A stretch of DNA of 62,902 bases, counting the filler, from Octopus bimaculoides (lineage: Eukaryota): assembly GCF_001194135.2 (NCBI RefSeq). It is 7 parts of 5 records of this genome, joined end to end, with 100 filler letters (N's around TTAATTAATTAA, not from the genome) between each part and the next. Parts side by side here need not be neighbours in the genome. Positions count along the whole stretch, not along the records: positions 8,115 to 39,510 come from NC_069002.1; 6 more parts are not named here. One strand, written 5' to 3'. The notes under the pieces are model-generated. The model saw only the letters and a list, made by a program, of their open reading frames with translations. It was not told the DNA's origin and made no database searches. The translations under genes and the position numbers were made by a program. Position 1 is the stretch's first letter. Every line of letters starts with the position of its first letter. Of the stretch, positions 23,802 through 37,299 are shown in pieces.

Positions 23802-24604
23802 TGTATATGTATATATATATTGATATGAAAATATAGAAAGACTGATGAGGTAATGATGGTAAAAATCACAACAAAAACAATATTGATGGGAGCGCCAAGA
23901 GTAGTGGCGATACCAATATTTCATGGAGTTAAAAAAAGAAAATATACAGAATAGATATTTTGCTTTCCTGAGTTTGAAATAGCTTCAAAAACTCTACAAA
24001 ATTCTTTGAAAATTAGCTGGGAATGTTTTTAAAAAAAATTTCCTTGGTAAAACAAATGGGGGATGTAAAACAGAGGTAACATAATGGTGTGACATGTGTG
24101 AATCATGAGGGTATAATCAAGACGTGAGGCTTGTGAAGGTAGAATCCACACACATCGACACACAAATGAATATATACATACATACATATTTGTGTATTCT
24201 GAATGGAATATGAGTGATATAGAGGATATTTGTTGTGTAACAGTGACATTGGCAGTTATTGTTTTGAGAATGATCTACCTTTATAGAGGAAGTTCAGACT
24301 AAACTTGATGATTCTTTATGACTCCCTTTCTTAAGAACAAATTGATGTTTTGGTGAACAGTGCACGGCATTGTAATGCATGAAGATGAAAGCTGTAGTTG
24401 AGAAAAAAAAGTTAGCTGACATGGAGGATTGGAATCTATCTGAATATTGGTAAAGAGTTACCTACATCAGAATGATTTGCACCGGGCATAAAAATGCCGA
24501 TTTCATAACAATCGCTCAGTAATCTGTGAACAGTGTAAAGGTTGTGATATGGACAGTTGCAGGGAAGGACACGAAGCCGTGGCCAAAAGGAAGGGACACA
24601 GCAG

Positions 24605-24730
24605 GTATTCCGACTGCGTCTCCAACTGAGATTCATCACCACTTTGAACAGGGCTTTAGGCTCAGTTGAGACGGCTATGCGATGTTCCTGGAGAGTGTCG
24701 TCAATCCATGCCTGGAAAGGGTTGTTGCTG
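24605..24730 (+). mobile_element. Tc1/mariner (DD37D/maT-like) transposase fragment
   Basis: Frameshifted VF(G)CVSN.. then HFEQGFRLS*DGYAMFLESVVNPCLERVVAG, resembling the PHFFxxGLxLN..Y..LL...V.PW region. Confidence 0.55.
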
Positions 24731-25155
24731 GTACAACGCCCGCAATTTATAAGGAATGGCTATGTTACATCGACCCTAGCACCAGAACGAAACTTATTTT
24801 ATCGACCTCGAAGTGATGCAATACGAAGTTGACCTCGACGGAATTTTGACCTCAGAACATAACAACTGCAAAATTTGTCCCATGCGCTAAAACTTCTGCC
24901 TCCTCGTCGCTTGAAGTACAGTCACAACGGTGGTACTAATCCTTTCTATTTTAGACCCAAAGTCTGTAATTTTGTGAGGAGAAGATTAGCTGATTACATC
25001 GACATCAGTGTGCAAGTGGCATTTATTTCATCGACCTCGAATGGATGAAATGCAAAGCCGATGTCAGTGGAATTTGAACTCAAAACGTAATGACGGATGA
25101 ATTACCGTTAAGCATTTTCTCCGGTGTGGCAACGAGTCAGCTAGCTCACTGCCTT
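24731..25155 (-). mobile_element. Two tandem diverged SINE family A copies (about 24731-24912 and 24945-25155)
   Basis: Each carries TTACATCGAC, ATCGACCTCG and GGAATTT(T)GA(A/C)CTCA blocks matching 29140-29345 in reverse. Confidence 0.75.
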
Positions 25156-25166
25156 AACGTCAACGG

Positions 25167-25247
25167 AGAAGAAGAAGAAGAAGAAGAAGAAGAAGAAGAA
25201 GAAGAAGAAGAAGAAGAAGAAGAAGAAGAAGAAGAAGAAGAAGAAGA
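25167..25247. repeat. Pure (GAA)n microsatellite running into a gap
   Basis: Directly visible. Confidence 0.95.
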
Positions 25248-26244
25248 NNNNNNNNNNNNNNNNNNNNNNNNNNNNNNNNNNNNNNNNNNNNNNNNNNNNN
25301 NNNNNNNNNNNNNNNNNNNNNNNNNNNNNNNNNNNNNNNNNNNNNNNNNNNNNNNNNNNNNNNNNNNNNNNNNNNNNNNNNNNNNNNNNTGGGAGGAGTT
25401 TAGGGGAGGATGAGGGGGAGGTGCTCCAATGACATCGTGGTATACGACGTTTTCTGTCTCTGTACTCAGTGAATTGTAATCAGTATGTTCTTCCGTTTCT
25501 ATCTGTTTTTTTGTTTCGTCTGAGAAGTTAATATAGCATCGTATTTTGAACGGAAAGGACATCAGTTCATTTGTGCACACACACATTAAATAAACAAATA
25601 AGGCCGAACGCAAAAGAAAGAAAGAAAGAATTTAATTACATAGCATAATACTCTTGTAATATAATGTCTTTAATATTCATATTTTGAAAGTATAGTTTTA
25701 ATGTATTTCTTTTTATATTTATCAACATATTTTCATCATTCACAGTTATTCTCATCCAACTTTTTGCGTTTTTTCGTGTATGGTCATATACATTTTTTAA
25801 AGTTACTTTTTCATTTTCCTTTTTTAAATTCATTATTCTTATTTTTATTTATATTTTCACAGTTATTTCTGCTTTATTTTATTTCATTTTCTTTCCTTAT
25901 TTCTTCATTTATTATAGTCGCAGACTTCCATTGTCAGTTCTTGTGTTTTTCATTGTGAATCTAACTCTCAGAACAACTTCTGATAACCGCTAACGTGTAC
26001 GTTTATGTAGTAATATATTACATGATTTACGAAATAATAACTCGTAAAAAATTCACAATTCTACCAAACATCCTTAAAAAGTTACATTCTCTCTCACGTT
26101 GGAAAATTTGTCGGCAGACCCTCCAACCAATTTTCAAGCGAAACCTTAGAGCAAAGAAGAACTAAGAGACATGTCTTTCATAAAACCCCAACAGCTAAAA
26201 TCCATACACACATACACAAGCCCAAAACTCCAAAATAATAATTT

Positions 26245-26422
26245 CTAATCCAGGTACAAGGGCGGCAATTTTTTGGCGGGGAGGGGTTTGATTACATTGA
26301 GCCCAGTACTTGACTTGAAGTGGATGGAAGAGAAAGTTGACATTGGTGGGAATTGATATGCGAACGTAAAAAGCAAGAGCCTTTTTCCGGTACTCTTATC
26401 ATTCTGTTCGCTCACTGCCCTA
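26245..26422 (-). mobile_element. SINE family A, diverged and deleted
   Basis: GATTACATTGAGCCCAGT and GCTCACTGCC blocks. Confidence 0.6.
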
Positions 26423-27061
26423 ATCACTGCTTCTCGGCCGAGCTCTTATGACACTTGGTGCTCCATATAAGATTTTGCTAAAATTCATGTGCATTAAAGT
26501 GGTTATAATTCTACATTATACAAAATCTATTGGCATTTCTTTGATATACAATTCCTAATAATATTCAGTTAGAAAAATATAATGGAATTTTTTTAAAGAC
26601 ATTGAATAACTATAAGAGACCATCCGAGTAAAATAGAAAGCACTGCTCAAAGATGATAATCTCGATTCAGGTCCTTGCAGGCAACATTAACTTCATACTA
26701 CACGTTATTTGTTGCCTAACACAGAAGGGGTTATAAATATTTCTATATATTTGTACGTCTCTATATTTATTTAGAAATGACGAGTCATCGACGATTCATA
26801 CATATTAATATTTTTTCACATTTCATTTGTTGCCATCACCTCAAGAAAAAAAAAATTGTTTTCATGGTATTATGGTCAGGTGGGAAATAAAGATACAAGA
26901 TAGCTCGCCACACAATTACAACCACTGCGTTTATGCCATCAATTGATGTTGTTATGGCGGTACAGCAGCTTCACAAGTGAAAGCTACGAAGATGCTAGAA
27001 ACAGTTGTGAGGGTTGAGTCTAGAGTTGTGATCCTATCTTAAGTCCATACTGAGATACAAT

Positions 27062-27148
27062 TTTCTTTTCCTGGGGTCGATTTGTTCTACTAAAGGCGGT
27101 GCTCCAGCATGGCCGCATTCAAATGACTGAAACAAGTTAATGAATAAA
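27062..27148 (+). mobile_element. SINE family B/C tail only
   Basis: CTGGGGTCGATTTGTTCTACTAAAGGCGGTGCTCCAGCATGGCC. Confidence 0.8.
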
Positions 27149-27566
27149 AATAATGCTGAACGGGTCACTTCTAAAAACCTGTATCGTCTTGCCACTTTGC
27201 TTTTCACGGGGACTTAGCAACCTTTGCTGGTGTTAGCTGAAAGTTTCGGGGTGGCAGACACCATAGTATCCTTGACTGCATATAAACTATTCATTCTCCG
27301 TCTGCCATTATATCGACTTGCGCAATATAGATTCTTTTAAAGTATTAAATATATTTTGCTTTCTCTTAGTAGTACACAAAGCACGAATCGATCCTTTCGA
27401 TATTGTCAAAATATCATTTATTTGTTTAATAAACACCAAGAATTTGGTAACTGAGAAAATAGTACATTTACGTATATTCCCGATAGAATTGCTATTTAAC
27501 AGTAGGTCTCTACTGTATGGCGAATGAAAACTATTATTTAGTCTTTTCACTAAACATTTAGATTCA

Positions 27567-27587
27567 ATAATAATAATAATAATAATA

Positions 27588-27651
<64 letters not shown>

Positions 27652-27655
27652 TAAT
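27567..27655. repeat. (AAT)n microsatellite
   Basis: Directly visible; similar long arrays at 43364-43450 and 56812-56930. Confidence 0.95.
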
Positions 27656-29139
27656 ATATTCATAATAATGTTAGCAGTAGTTTTATTCACATGTTAATGA
27701 CGCCATGAATCAATAACAGCAGTTCTCTCTGTATGTCAAAGAAATTATTTTACTGGGTTTACCGATCGTCACTGTATGCATTTACCTTAAAAACCAATAT
27801 TATTGACGTGAAGTGTATAATGGTTATAAAGGAATATAAATGTTGAATGAAAGAAGTCGATTTCCATTTATTTCACTGAGAGAATCTTTCCAAATTATAA
27901 TAAGATTCTATCTAAGTTGCCCGCGTCTATTTCTCACTGGATGCAGCTGTCCTCACTTGCCATCGTAACCTTTCGTAGTGTAACGTATCACATAGTATAA
28001 TTGAATTTCCTTAAAAAGCATTTGTTTGAAATTGTGATTTTGTATTAATGAATGCATGCGACGTAACGTAAGTATCAATATGTTACTGTTCTTGCCATTA
28101 TTTTCAGATGCCACCGTATTTAGACGCATTTGTCATTCGCTTCTGTTTATGTATTGACTGTTGCGGACTGTCATATATGTATTGAAGAAGACATCGAGAA
28201 TAATTATTTCTTTGCAACTTTACTGTAGAAATTGAATTCAGTATAGATGCAGGAATAGTGAGGTGCTTTCGTTGAGAAAATGAAAAAAATCTATTAATGA
28301 TATTTGTGGAGAAAACATAACTATGAACAATTCCTGGGACGCTAAGGATGGATAATGTTAATATCAAATAAAAATGAAAATAAAATCACAGATAAAACTG
28401 TTGTAATAACAACTGTGACAGGTGATGTGTATTAATAGACAAGTGAGAAAAATTAATGAAATTACGAGAAAAAAAAATAGCCAAAGATAATGAAGGAGAG
28501 AGCAATGATATTTCTAAAGGTGTTTTGTGATGAGGCGGGAGAAAAAGGAACCAAAACATTTAGGATCATCTTTCGTTAAAGAAGATCGAAACGAACTTGA
28601 AGAGATACGGAATAAATACTAAAGAAACTGTAGACATACATAACCTATGTAAGGGTTAATCCTTTTCAGGTACAACAACTGTAACTTTCAAGTCGATAGA
28701 ACTGAAAAAAAACCCAACTCAGTTCTCACTAATGTCACTTTACAGGGGCAACTGTTTTGGAAGTGTTACGGCTACACAATTGCAAGAAATTTAGAGTTTG
28801 CTTTGTCGAACCTTCCACAAATATTTTCGTGAGTTGGTCGACGTCAACAAATGTAAAGAATATCACTTGATAAATTTTTACTTTTAAATTGCGGTGACAA
28901 CAGAGGAGGGCCGGTAGGGAAGCCCTCCGGGTCCACAATAAGAATTTTCAAATTAGTGTTGAAGGGTAGAAAAACCGAGATGTTTTAAATTTAATTGTTT
29001 AAAAAAAAAAAACTATCTACGTTATGATCTTTTAGTCATCCCTGACGATCTGATTTCATTTCACTAAAGTAATTATTAGTAAACACTGTTAACGACACTA
29101 GCTTTCATAAATCTTATTTAATGTTTTTGGCTCAAATTA

Positions 29140-29345
29140 AGGCGGCGAGCTGGCAGAATTGTTTGCACGCCAGGCGAAATGCGTAGCGGTATTTCGTCTG
29201 TCTTTACGTTCTGAGTTCAAATTTCGCCGAGGTCGACTTTGCTTCTTATCCTTTCGGGGTCGAAAAAGTAAGTACCAGTTACTGGGGTCGATCTAATCGA
29301 CTGCCCACTCCCCCAACATTTCGGGCCTTGTTCCTAGAGTAGAAA
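29140..29345 (+). mobile_element. tRNA-derived SINE family A, best-preserved copy
   Basis: GGCGGCGAGCTGGCAGAATTGTT (A-box-like) and CTGAGTTCAAATT (B box); at least five further copies in the window. Confidence 0.85.
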
Positions 29346-30029
29346 ATGCTTCAATAAATTTATTTCAAACAATTACTTGAAATATTAAATTTCTCCTTAT
29401 TTCTTTGATTTAGATTTATTTCTGAATCTCAGTTTTGTTATACGAGTTGCTGCCTAAGTATGGTCGCCCTCAAAGTATCAAGATTTCTAGACTTTGCGGC
29501 GTCGAATTTACCGTGATCCGTGGCGTTTGTACCGGATTGTTGATTTAATTGGAATGTTCCACTACCAGAATTCCTTAGTTTGAAAGGTGTAGATAACTTA
29601 TTTTCCGAAGTGGCTTGTTTTATGGCAATCAGAAAATTCCTTCCTACGAATACATTTTTAAAGCATTTTGGCGGGAATACCATATATCATGGGAAGGAAT
29701 AATTTGCAGACAGATTTCTTTTATTGACAAGCAAATTAGTACATTCATCTGTTTCCGAATTATGTAAACGTATCAATATAAATGGAATTTAAACAATGCA
29801 CCATGAAACTACATGATGCATCATAATTATATGATACTACTCGTCTCGTCGAGGTTTTGATTATCCTCTACCTAGGCAAGGTATGTGTCCTTGCTTAATG
29901 TTCTACTGATTAAATAGTGTTTCCTTGTTAGTTCCTCTACTCGTGATTCACATGCGAGAGGTGTACACGCTAACCAATTATTCAGGACTTCTTCATGTGC
30001 AGTTCAAGACATTATTACTTTTACTTTGG

Positions 30030-31200
30030 AGAAGACGTGGTTCAACCCTTTATTACTCTATAAATGTTGTCTGAACAATGCGACGCCACCCCAAAAGTTT
30101 TTATGTCTCTATCCCTACCTTTATTCTTACAACATATCAAAATATTCCACTTCGTCTGACACGTGGATTATCCCCCAGGAAAATCGCCTGCCTCTCGACC
30201 TCATCTGTCTCTCGTTTATGGAACAGGTGATTTCATATGAGATCCCATTATCACGTGATGTGATAATAACGCTCTCTCTGATCCATATTGTTTCAACACT
30301 GGTGCATCCCGATGTGCGATTGTCCCCTAAACTTTTCCTCTTATACATCAATCACTTGAATGTAGTCACTTCAAGCAAGTCACTTCTATACATATTATAC
30401 CGCACGTCCTTCTTTCGTCTCTGACCTTGATATTCTAACAGTCATTCATATGCAGCATCTACAATTCAGGTCAAACCTATACTGACTTCTTACATGAAGA
30501 CCAAGAAATGATTCACTAATAGGGTCATAAAAATTTTCTCTCCTTCAAGAACACAAAGACATAATCACGACAATATTTTAAGGACCTTAAATACAAACAG
30601 GGTAAGGCTATAGCGCTCAACACCTTGGTAAATGCTAGGCCTCACTATCCTTGATGGTTTCCTCTGATGTTCAAATATTTACAAAAAAAACTGAAACGTA
30701 ATATTTGGATCCCCCTTTTAGGACCAGAAAATACTTTAACTTCCAAGAGTTACCAATAATTTTAAAGTCACAAATGAAACCCACGATGCTGTACTTACCC
30801 CGTGCCTAGGACGCTGCCGCTGATACATCTGGAGGTGTCCTATATTGCATCTGTAGAGGCTACTCAAATTGACTGATAAGAAATCGATCGTTTGCCCGTG
30901 TTCTTGTAGACGTGGCACCACCGTCTCTTTCTCTTTATTATCGATACTGGAAAGGCGATTGCTTTTCGGTTCTGTTTGATCTCATGCCACCTCCATTCAG
31001 TCGTTTGTAACTCACTCGCATACCTTTCGTCACACCAGTTGTGCCTCTCAGACCCCGACTAACCCCTGCTCCCAGTTTTTCATTCTAAAAAAAAAACAAT
31101 ACTCTGGAATTCCTTCTCCGAATACGTTTTATTCCTTGCAACTCTCAACTTGCGACTGTTCTACAGCAATATTTACTTCGGCCATCTCATCTTGTATCTG
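30030..31200 (+). mobile_element. Highly degenerate CR1-group LINE RT and C-terminal fragment
   Basis: LSPKLFLLYINHL (LSPxLFLLYINDL motif); downstream remnants of the SLFYRY and LWNS motifs; many frameshifts. Confidence 0.65.
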
Positions 31201-31871
31201 TCTCCGGAAATTGAATAATGAACATAAAACAGATACATCCAGTTAATGTCAGAGTTGATGGGAAAGAGAATAGTTGTGGTCAATATATTCCTTAATTCAT
31301 TAGCTCCTTACTTCCTTCAAGTATTTGGTATTGTGACCAACATGTCGGTACTAGCATTGTTACAATAAACGTCTTTTGACAGTATTATTGTGTGTCAAAA
31401 AATCTGATATGCGTATCTTCCCAGTGTATGCAGAAATAATCCTGTCACAAAAACGAATTCATTAATTAACAACATAAGACAACCCGAATATAACATAGAG
31501 TAACTAATGAAAATTTTTGAAAAGCCGAATGAACGACACGTGCTACAATATTCATATAATAGATAGACATAGAGTAACGAGAAAGAAGAGAACAATATGA
31601 CTATGCTCAAAGAGATTAACCAGTTCGAATGTCTAAAATGAGTTTGATATATACCAAGGCAATCCTGAAACAATCCCATTTCGTCTGAACATTGCACCGA
31701 CATTACACTCGAATCGCCACTCCAAACGAATTTAGTTTAAATAAACAATATACTTTATATCGTGTAATGAGTCATCTCCTTCGCACTCGACGATTATCTA
31801 TAATACTTGAACCTGCATTTGTATATATGTGTGTATATGTAGATATATATGTATGCAGATAGAGGTAATCA

Positions 31872-31903
<32 letters not shown>

Positions 31904-32548
31904 AATCTCTCTCTCCCTTTCTCTCTCTCTCTTTCTCTCTCTCTCTTTCTCTCTCTCTCTCTNNNNNNNNNNNNNNNNNNNNNNNNNNNNNNNNNNNNNN
32001 NNNNNNNNNNNNNNNNNNNNNNNNNNNNNNNNNNNNNNNNNNNNNNNNNNNNNNNNNNNNNNNNNNNNNNNNNNNNNNNNNNNNNNNNNNNNNNNNNNNN
32101 NNNNNNNTATATATATATATATATAATAGTATACCTACATACATATAGAAATATAAAATACAGTGAGATAAACAAAGACAAAGATTCACAAAGACGAGGT
32201 CACTTACAGAAAAAAAAAGAAAGCAAAAGGGAGCTGGCATACAATTGACCGAAAAGGTCGCCACCAATTTACAAGCAGCAAATTTGATATATAGATGAGA
32301 ATCATGAAATGTTTAAACGTTCTATATTTGATCATAATCAGATCAATGCATAATGTTTAACGGTGGGAAGACTCTTTTAATCTCTTGTTATGTTTAGAAA
32401 TTCTAGTATTTATTATACAAGCATATATATACACACATGCACACACTCACACACCAACGTATATAGGGAGCTATCTAGGTATGCATATATGCATGCACAT
32501 ATACACGCAACACACACACACAAACACAAATACCTGTGAATACATACA

Positions 32549-32583
<35 letters not shown>

Positions 32584-32638
32584 ATATATATTTATGTATG
32601 TATATCTACATACGTGTGTTTATGCAAATATATATGTG

Positions 32639-32698
<60 letters not shown>

Positions 32699-32963
32699 GC
32701 ATATATATATGTATACAGATACTGATTAAGGGAAGAAAACGGAGAGATGAGGGCAGAACCGTTTGGTATAATATAATAGATGAGTTCTATAAGGGACAAC
32801 CATATAAAAGGGTGAACGGATGGATAGACAACTACAGACATACAGACATTTATACACAAATATATATAGCTTGATACAAAGCTACACACCTACATCCCTA
32901 TGTACATATATATATATAAATATATATATGTATATATATATACATATATATTATATATGTACA

Positions 32964-33012
<49 letters not shown>

Positions 33013-33065
33013 TATATAAATGTATGTATGTATACATGTATATGTACATATATACATACATACAC

Positions 33066-33147
<82 letters not shown>

Positions 33148-33595
33148 TGTGACAAGATAAATGGGAAGTAAACATATTATCTATAATTGAGAGTAAAACG
33201 ATTTGGAAATCTAAAAGCTAGAATTCTTCCGGATGACTGTTTAAATAATGATATAGAGGCACCCTTTATCCGCGAATGAACGGGTATTCTGCCCATGATA
33301 TCAAGGAATAATATTCCATTATCGATGTTGGTTACTTAGAAGACAAACTGTCTAGCGCAAATATATCGGCTTTCAATCCATTTCCGCATGTGTACTTCAG
33401 AATCTTATCCGAAAATGCTATGGTCTTATTTTTATGTCATAACTAAATAGGAGTTAGGTTGTAGGGTCAAGAACAGAAATATATGTGCATATTGGAACAG
33501 AGATTTTGTATATACTTTATACGTGCTCATACATAAATACACATATATATATATATATATATATATCAAATAGAAAGATAACTATAATTGAAATT

Positions 33596-34040
33596 GTAAA
33601 TACTGAACAGTATATATATAAGGATAAAATCCTTTTTAAAAGCAGAGAAATTTGCAAGGAGCCAGCCATGAGGATCGACCTCACACCCCTCCAATACCCG
33701 GTTGAAATGCTCTACTATTTAGGCTAAACTGCCCGACTGACAAACTCTTCTGCAATTTTAGATGTTATAGAGTCATTCAGAAACGCTAGATGTCGTATAT
33801 GTTACGACCTATGTAAACAAACAAGTTCGATTTCGAAGCGTTGAAGTATATTGTAGAGTCATCGGGCAGAATTTCTAAGATTGCAGAAGAGTTGGCCGGT
33901 CGGTCAGTTTAGCTTAAATGGTAGAGCATTCCAACCAGATATTGGAGGGGTTTGAGTTCGATCTTCATGGCTGGCTGCTGGCAAATTTATCTGCTTTTAA
34001 AAAGGATTTTATCCTTATATATATACTGTTCAGTATTTAC
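33596..34040. mobile_element. Foldback/MITE-like element with 167-bp inverted arms, each containing an outward-facing tRNA-like unit
   Basis: 33596-33762 versus 33874-34040: ungapped, 16 mismatches by hand count, outer 51 nt identical. Box A TAGCTTAAATGG, box B GAGTTCGATC, TTTT downstream. Confidence 0.9.
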
Positions 34041-34502
34041 GCGTTGAATAAAATTATTCTTTCTACTTGTTCTACAATACACTTCAGCGTTTGTTTACAT
34101 AGGACGCAATATATATATATCACTTTATACGTCTGTCACAGTTGATGATGAGAAAAATAAGTGGAATCAGACATGTCTCGAACCCTTTCTATGAAAGAGA
34201 AGACAAACATTTTTGTAACGCTTTTTCCAATCAATTTTATGAAAAAATTCCTTTGTTTTGCGTCTGTACATACAAANNNNNNNNNNNNNNNNNNNNNNNN
34301 NNNNNNNNNNNNNNNNNNNNNNNNNNNNNNNNNNNNNNNNNNNNNNNNNNNNNNNNNNNNNNNNNNNNNNNNNNNNNNNNNNNNNNNNNNNNNNNNNNNN
34401 NNNNNNNNNNNNNNNNNNNNNNNNNNNNNNNNNNNNNNNNNNNNNNNNNNNNNNNNNNNNNNNNNNNNNNNNNNNNNNNNNNNNNNNNNNTATATATATA
34501 TA

Positions 34503-34554
<52 letters not shown>

Positions 34555-36083
34555 AATGTATGTATTTATGTATGTATATGTCTCTATGTGTATACATATA
34601 CAGGGATAGAAAAAGGTCGAAAGCTCTTTACGGGATTGGAACTTTCATCTTTTGAAAATATGACATGAATGTACGTGTGTGTGTATATATATATATATAT
34701 ATTTATTTATTTATTTATTGTATAAAGGATCGTGGGTATGGCCAGAACAATGTGAAGCATATGCAAGACAAAACACAAGAACACAACTATATGAATTAAT
34801 GTACACTTAATTTGCGCGTACAGCATCGTTATTCCTCCCTGTGCCTATAAAATCTTGAATCCCTGCTGCAAGGCTTTATTTCCATACACGCCAGCTTAAT
34901 TTTATTCGTCCTTAGTCAAAAGACATCTGTTGTTATGTCCTGTTATTATTCCTACTGTATTTGTGTTACATTGTTGGTTTTTTTTTCCATCTTTGTTTTT
35001 GTATACATTCACTGCTTTCTTCCAAGGAATCGAATGCTCTTAGCTTAGTTTTTCCTTGGGGCTGGCCAGATTGGAGCAATATCGAGAATAACCAGCCGAA
35101 ATTGCAAGGATAATCTGGATCTCGACTGAAGAAAGAAAACTCCGAATGACCTGTCCTTGTTTTCTTTGTATCGTCTATCTGGATGTTTTGTCCCTTTCTT
35201 GTATCACCTAACTGTCTGGATGTTTTGCATTCTTGTCCCATTCTGTATTATATATATATATATATATATATATATNNNNNNNNNNNNNNNNNNNNNNNNN
35301 NNNNNNNNNNNNNNNNNNNNNNNNNNNNNNNNNNNNNNNNNNNNNNNNNNNNNNNNNNNNNNNNNNNNNNNNNNNNNNNNNNNNNNNNNNNNNNNNNNNN
35401 NNNNNNNNNNNNNNNNNNNNNNNNNNNNNNNNNNNNNNNNNNNNNNNNNNNNNNNNNNNNNNNNNNNNNNNNNNNNNNNNNNNNNNNNNNNNNNNNNNNN
35501 NNNNNNNNNNNNNNNNNNNNNNNNNNNNNNNNNNNNNNNNNNNNNNNNNNNNNNNNNNNNNNNNNNNNNNNNNNNNNNNNNNNNNNNNNNNNNNNNNNNN
35601 NNNNNNNNNNNNNNNNNNNNNNNNNNNNNNNNNNNNNNNNNNNNNNNNNNNNNNNNNNNNNNNNNNNNNNNNNNNNNNNNNNNNNNNNNNNNNNNNNNNN
35701 NNNNNNNNNNNNNNNNNNNNNNNNNNNNNNNNNNNNNNNNNNNNNNNNNNNNNNNNNNNNNNNNNNNNNNNNNNNNNNNNNNNNNNNNNNNNNNNNNNNN
35801 NNNNNNNNNNNNNNNNNNNNNNNNNNNNNNNNNNNNNNNNNNNNNNNNNNNNNNNNNNNNNNNNNNNNNNNNNNNNNNNNNNNNNNNNNNNNNNNNNNNN
35901 NNNNNNNNNNNNNNNNNNNNNNNNNNNNNNNNNNNNNNNNNNNNNNNNNNNNNNNNNNNNNNNNNNNNNNNNNNNNNNNNNNNNNNNNNNNNNNNNNNNN
36001 NNNNNNNNNNNNNNNNATATGTATACGTACTTATATATGTATATACATGTATGCATGTATGTTAGTATGTATATATAATATAA

Positions 36084-36177
<94 letters not shown>

Positions 36178-36672
36178 CGTGTATGCATGTATATTGAATC
36201 CAAACAAAGAAGGACGTGGTGCAAGTACTGTATTATTAGACGCTCAGTAAAGAAGGAAAGAGGATTTAAAGTTTCAGGGAACGATGGATAACTTGTCAGC
36301 ATTCTATATTTGTGATTTTGCACATGCGCATGATTTGTTTGTGATTTTGTCAACAGCAAAGTATAGTAGGGTCACCTGGACACCGTCTGTGAGGAAAACA
36401 GCACCTTGACGAAATTCACTCTGTCAGAAGTTTGGAAACGTACTGCTTCGCTTTTCTGATACTGTTTATTCTCCTCGTTGGTCTGTTATCATTTTCATGT
36501 GGGTTTTAAGCATTTTAACGCTTATGTCTATCAAGCTGGTATTTCGTGTACCCTCTGTTATAATTATTTATTAATTATGAAATTTTATTGATTTGCCATA
36601 TAATGGCATTATTGCTTGCTGGCCACTAATATTATAGTTGTTATTATTATCAATTATGTTTATATTTACTGC

Positions 36673-36708
<36 letters not shown>

Positions 36709-36788
36709 AATTAAACCTTGGGAGAGGCATTATGCCGGTAATAAACACACGCACTGGTTCAGTCCTTTATTAATTTATATAGTTTTTT

Positions 36789-36829
36789 GTTAAATTATTT
36801 CATTGCACTCTTGCAATCTCTTCAGTAAC
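36789..36829 (-). ncRNA. Hammerhead-ribozyme-like motif (weaker candidate)
   Basis: GTTA-CTGAAGA-G-ATTGCA-agag-TGCAAT-GAAA-TAATT-TAAC: intact core words, 6-bp stem II, 4-bp stem I; lacks the usual G10.1-C11.1 pair. Confidence 0.35.
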
Positions 36830-37299
36830 TTGTCTCTCCACTTCCATTTATTTTGAATATATGATCTGGCGTTGTTTTGGCGTTGTTTCGAAACTGTTTG
36901 GTATGAGCATGTGAGTGTGTGCAAGCTCGTATGTGTGCACGCTCAAATGTGTGCACGCACTTATGTGTTCGTGCTTATATGTAAGTATGTGCGTCCATAT
37001 GTGTGTTTGTAACAATTTCGTTTATATCAGATCAGATAGATACTTTTTAATTAATTTATTTACGTTCATATTCCGCATCATATGTGTGAACAACACATGC
37101 AACCATGGGCAATAATAATAATAATAATAATTATAATTATAATAATAATAATGATAATAATATCTATTTAAATATTCATTCGAATATTTACTCATCGTAA
37201 ATCGATGCACTGATATTATTTTGAATTTGGCGTAAGGATGTTCAACGCTTAACAGACACAACAAGGCGAATAGGATTTTAACACTGGGTATTTAGTAAG

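Noticed and set aside
30799-30872. Minus-strand segment with good AG and GTAAGT sites and one open frame
   Set aside because: Lies antisense within the decayed CR1-group LINE; the peptide is unrecognisable, so likely cryptic.
35120-35165. CTGAAGA...GAAT hammerhead-like words with an outer CAAGGATA/TGTCCTTG stem
   Set aside because: GAAT instead of GAAA, no stem II, and the outer stem is displaced 13 nt from the core.
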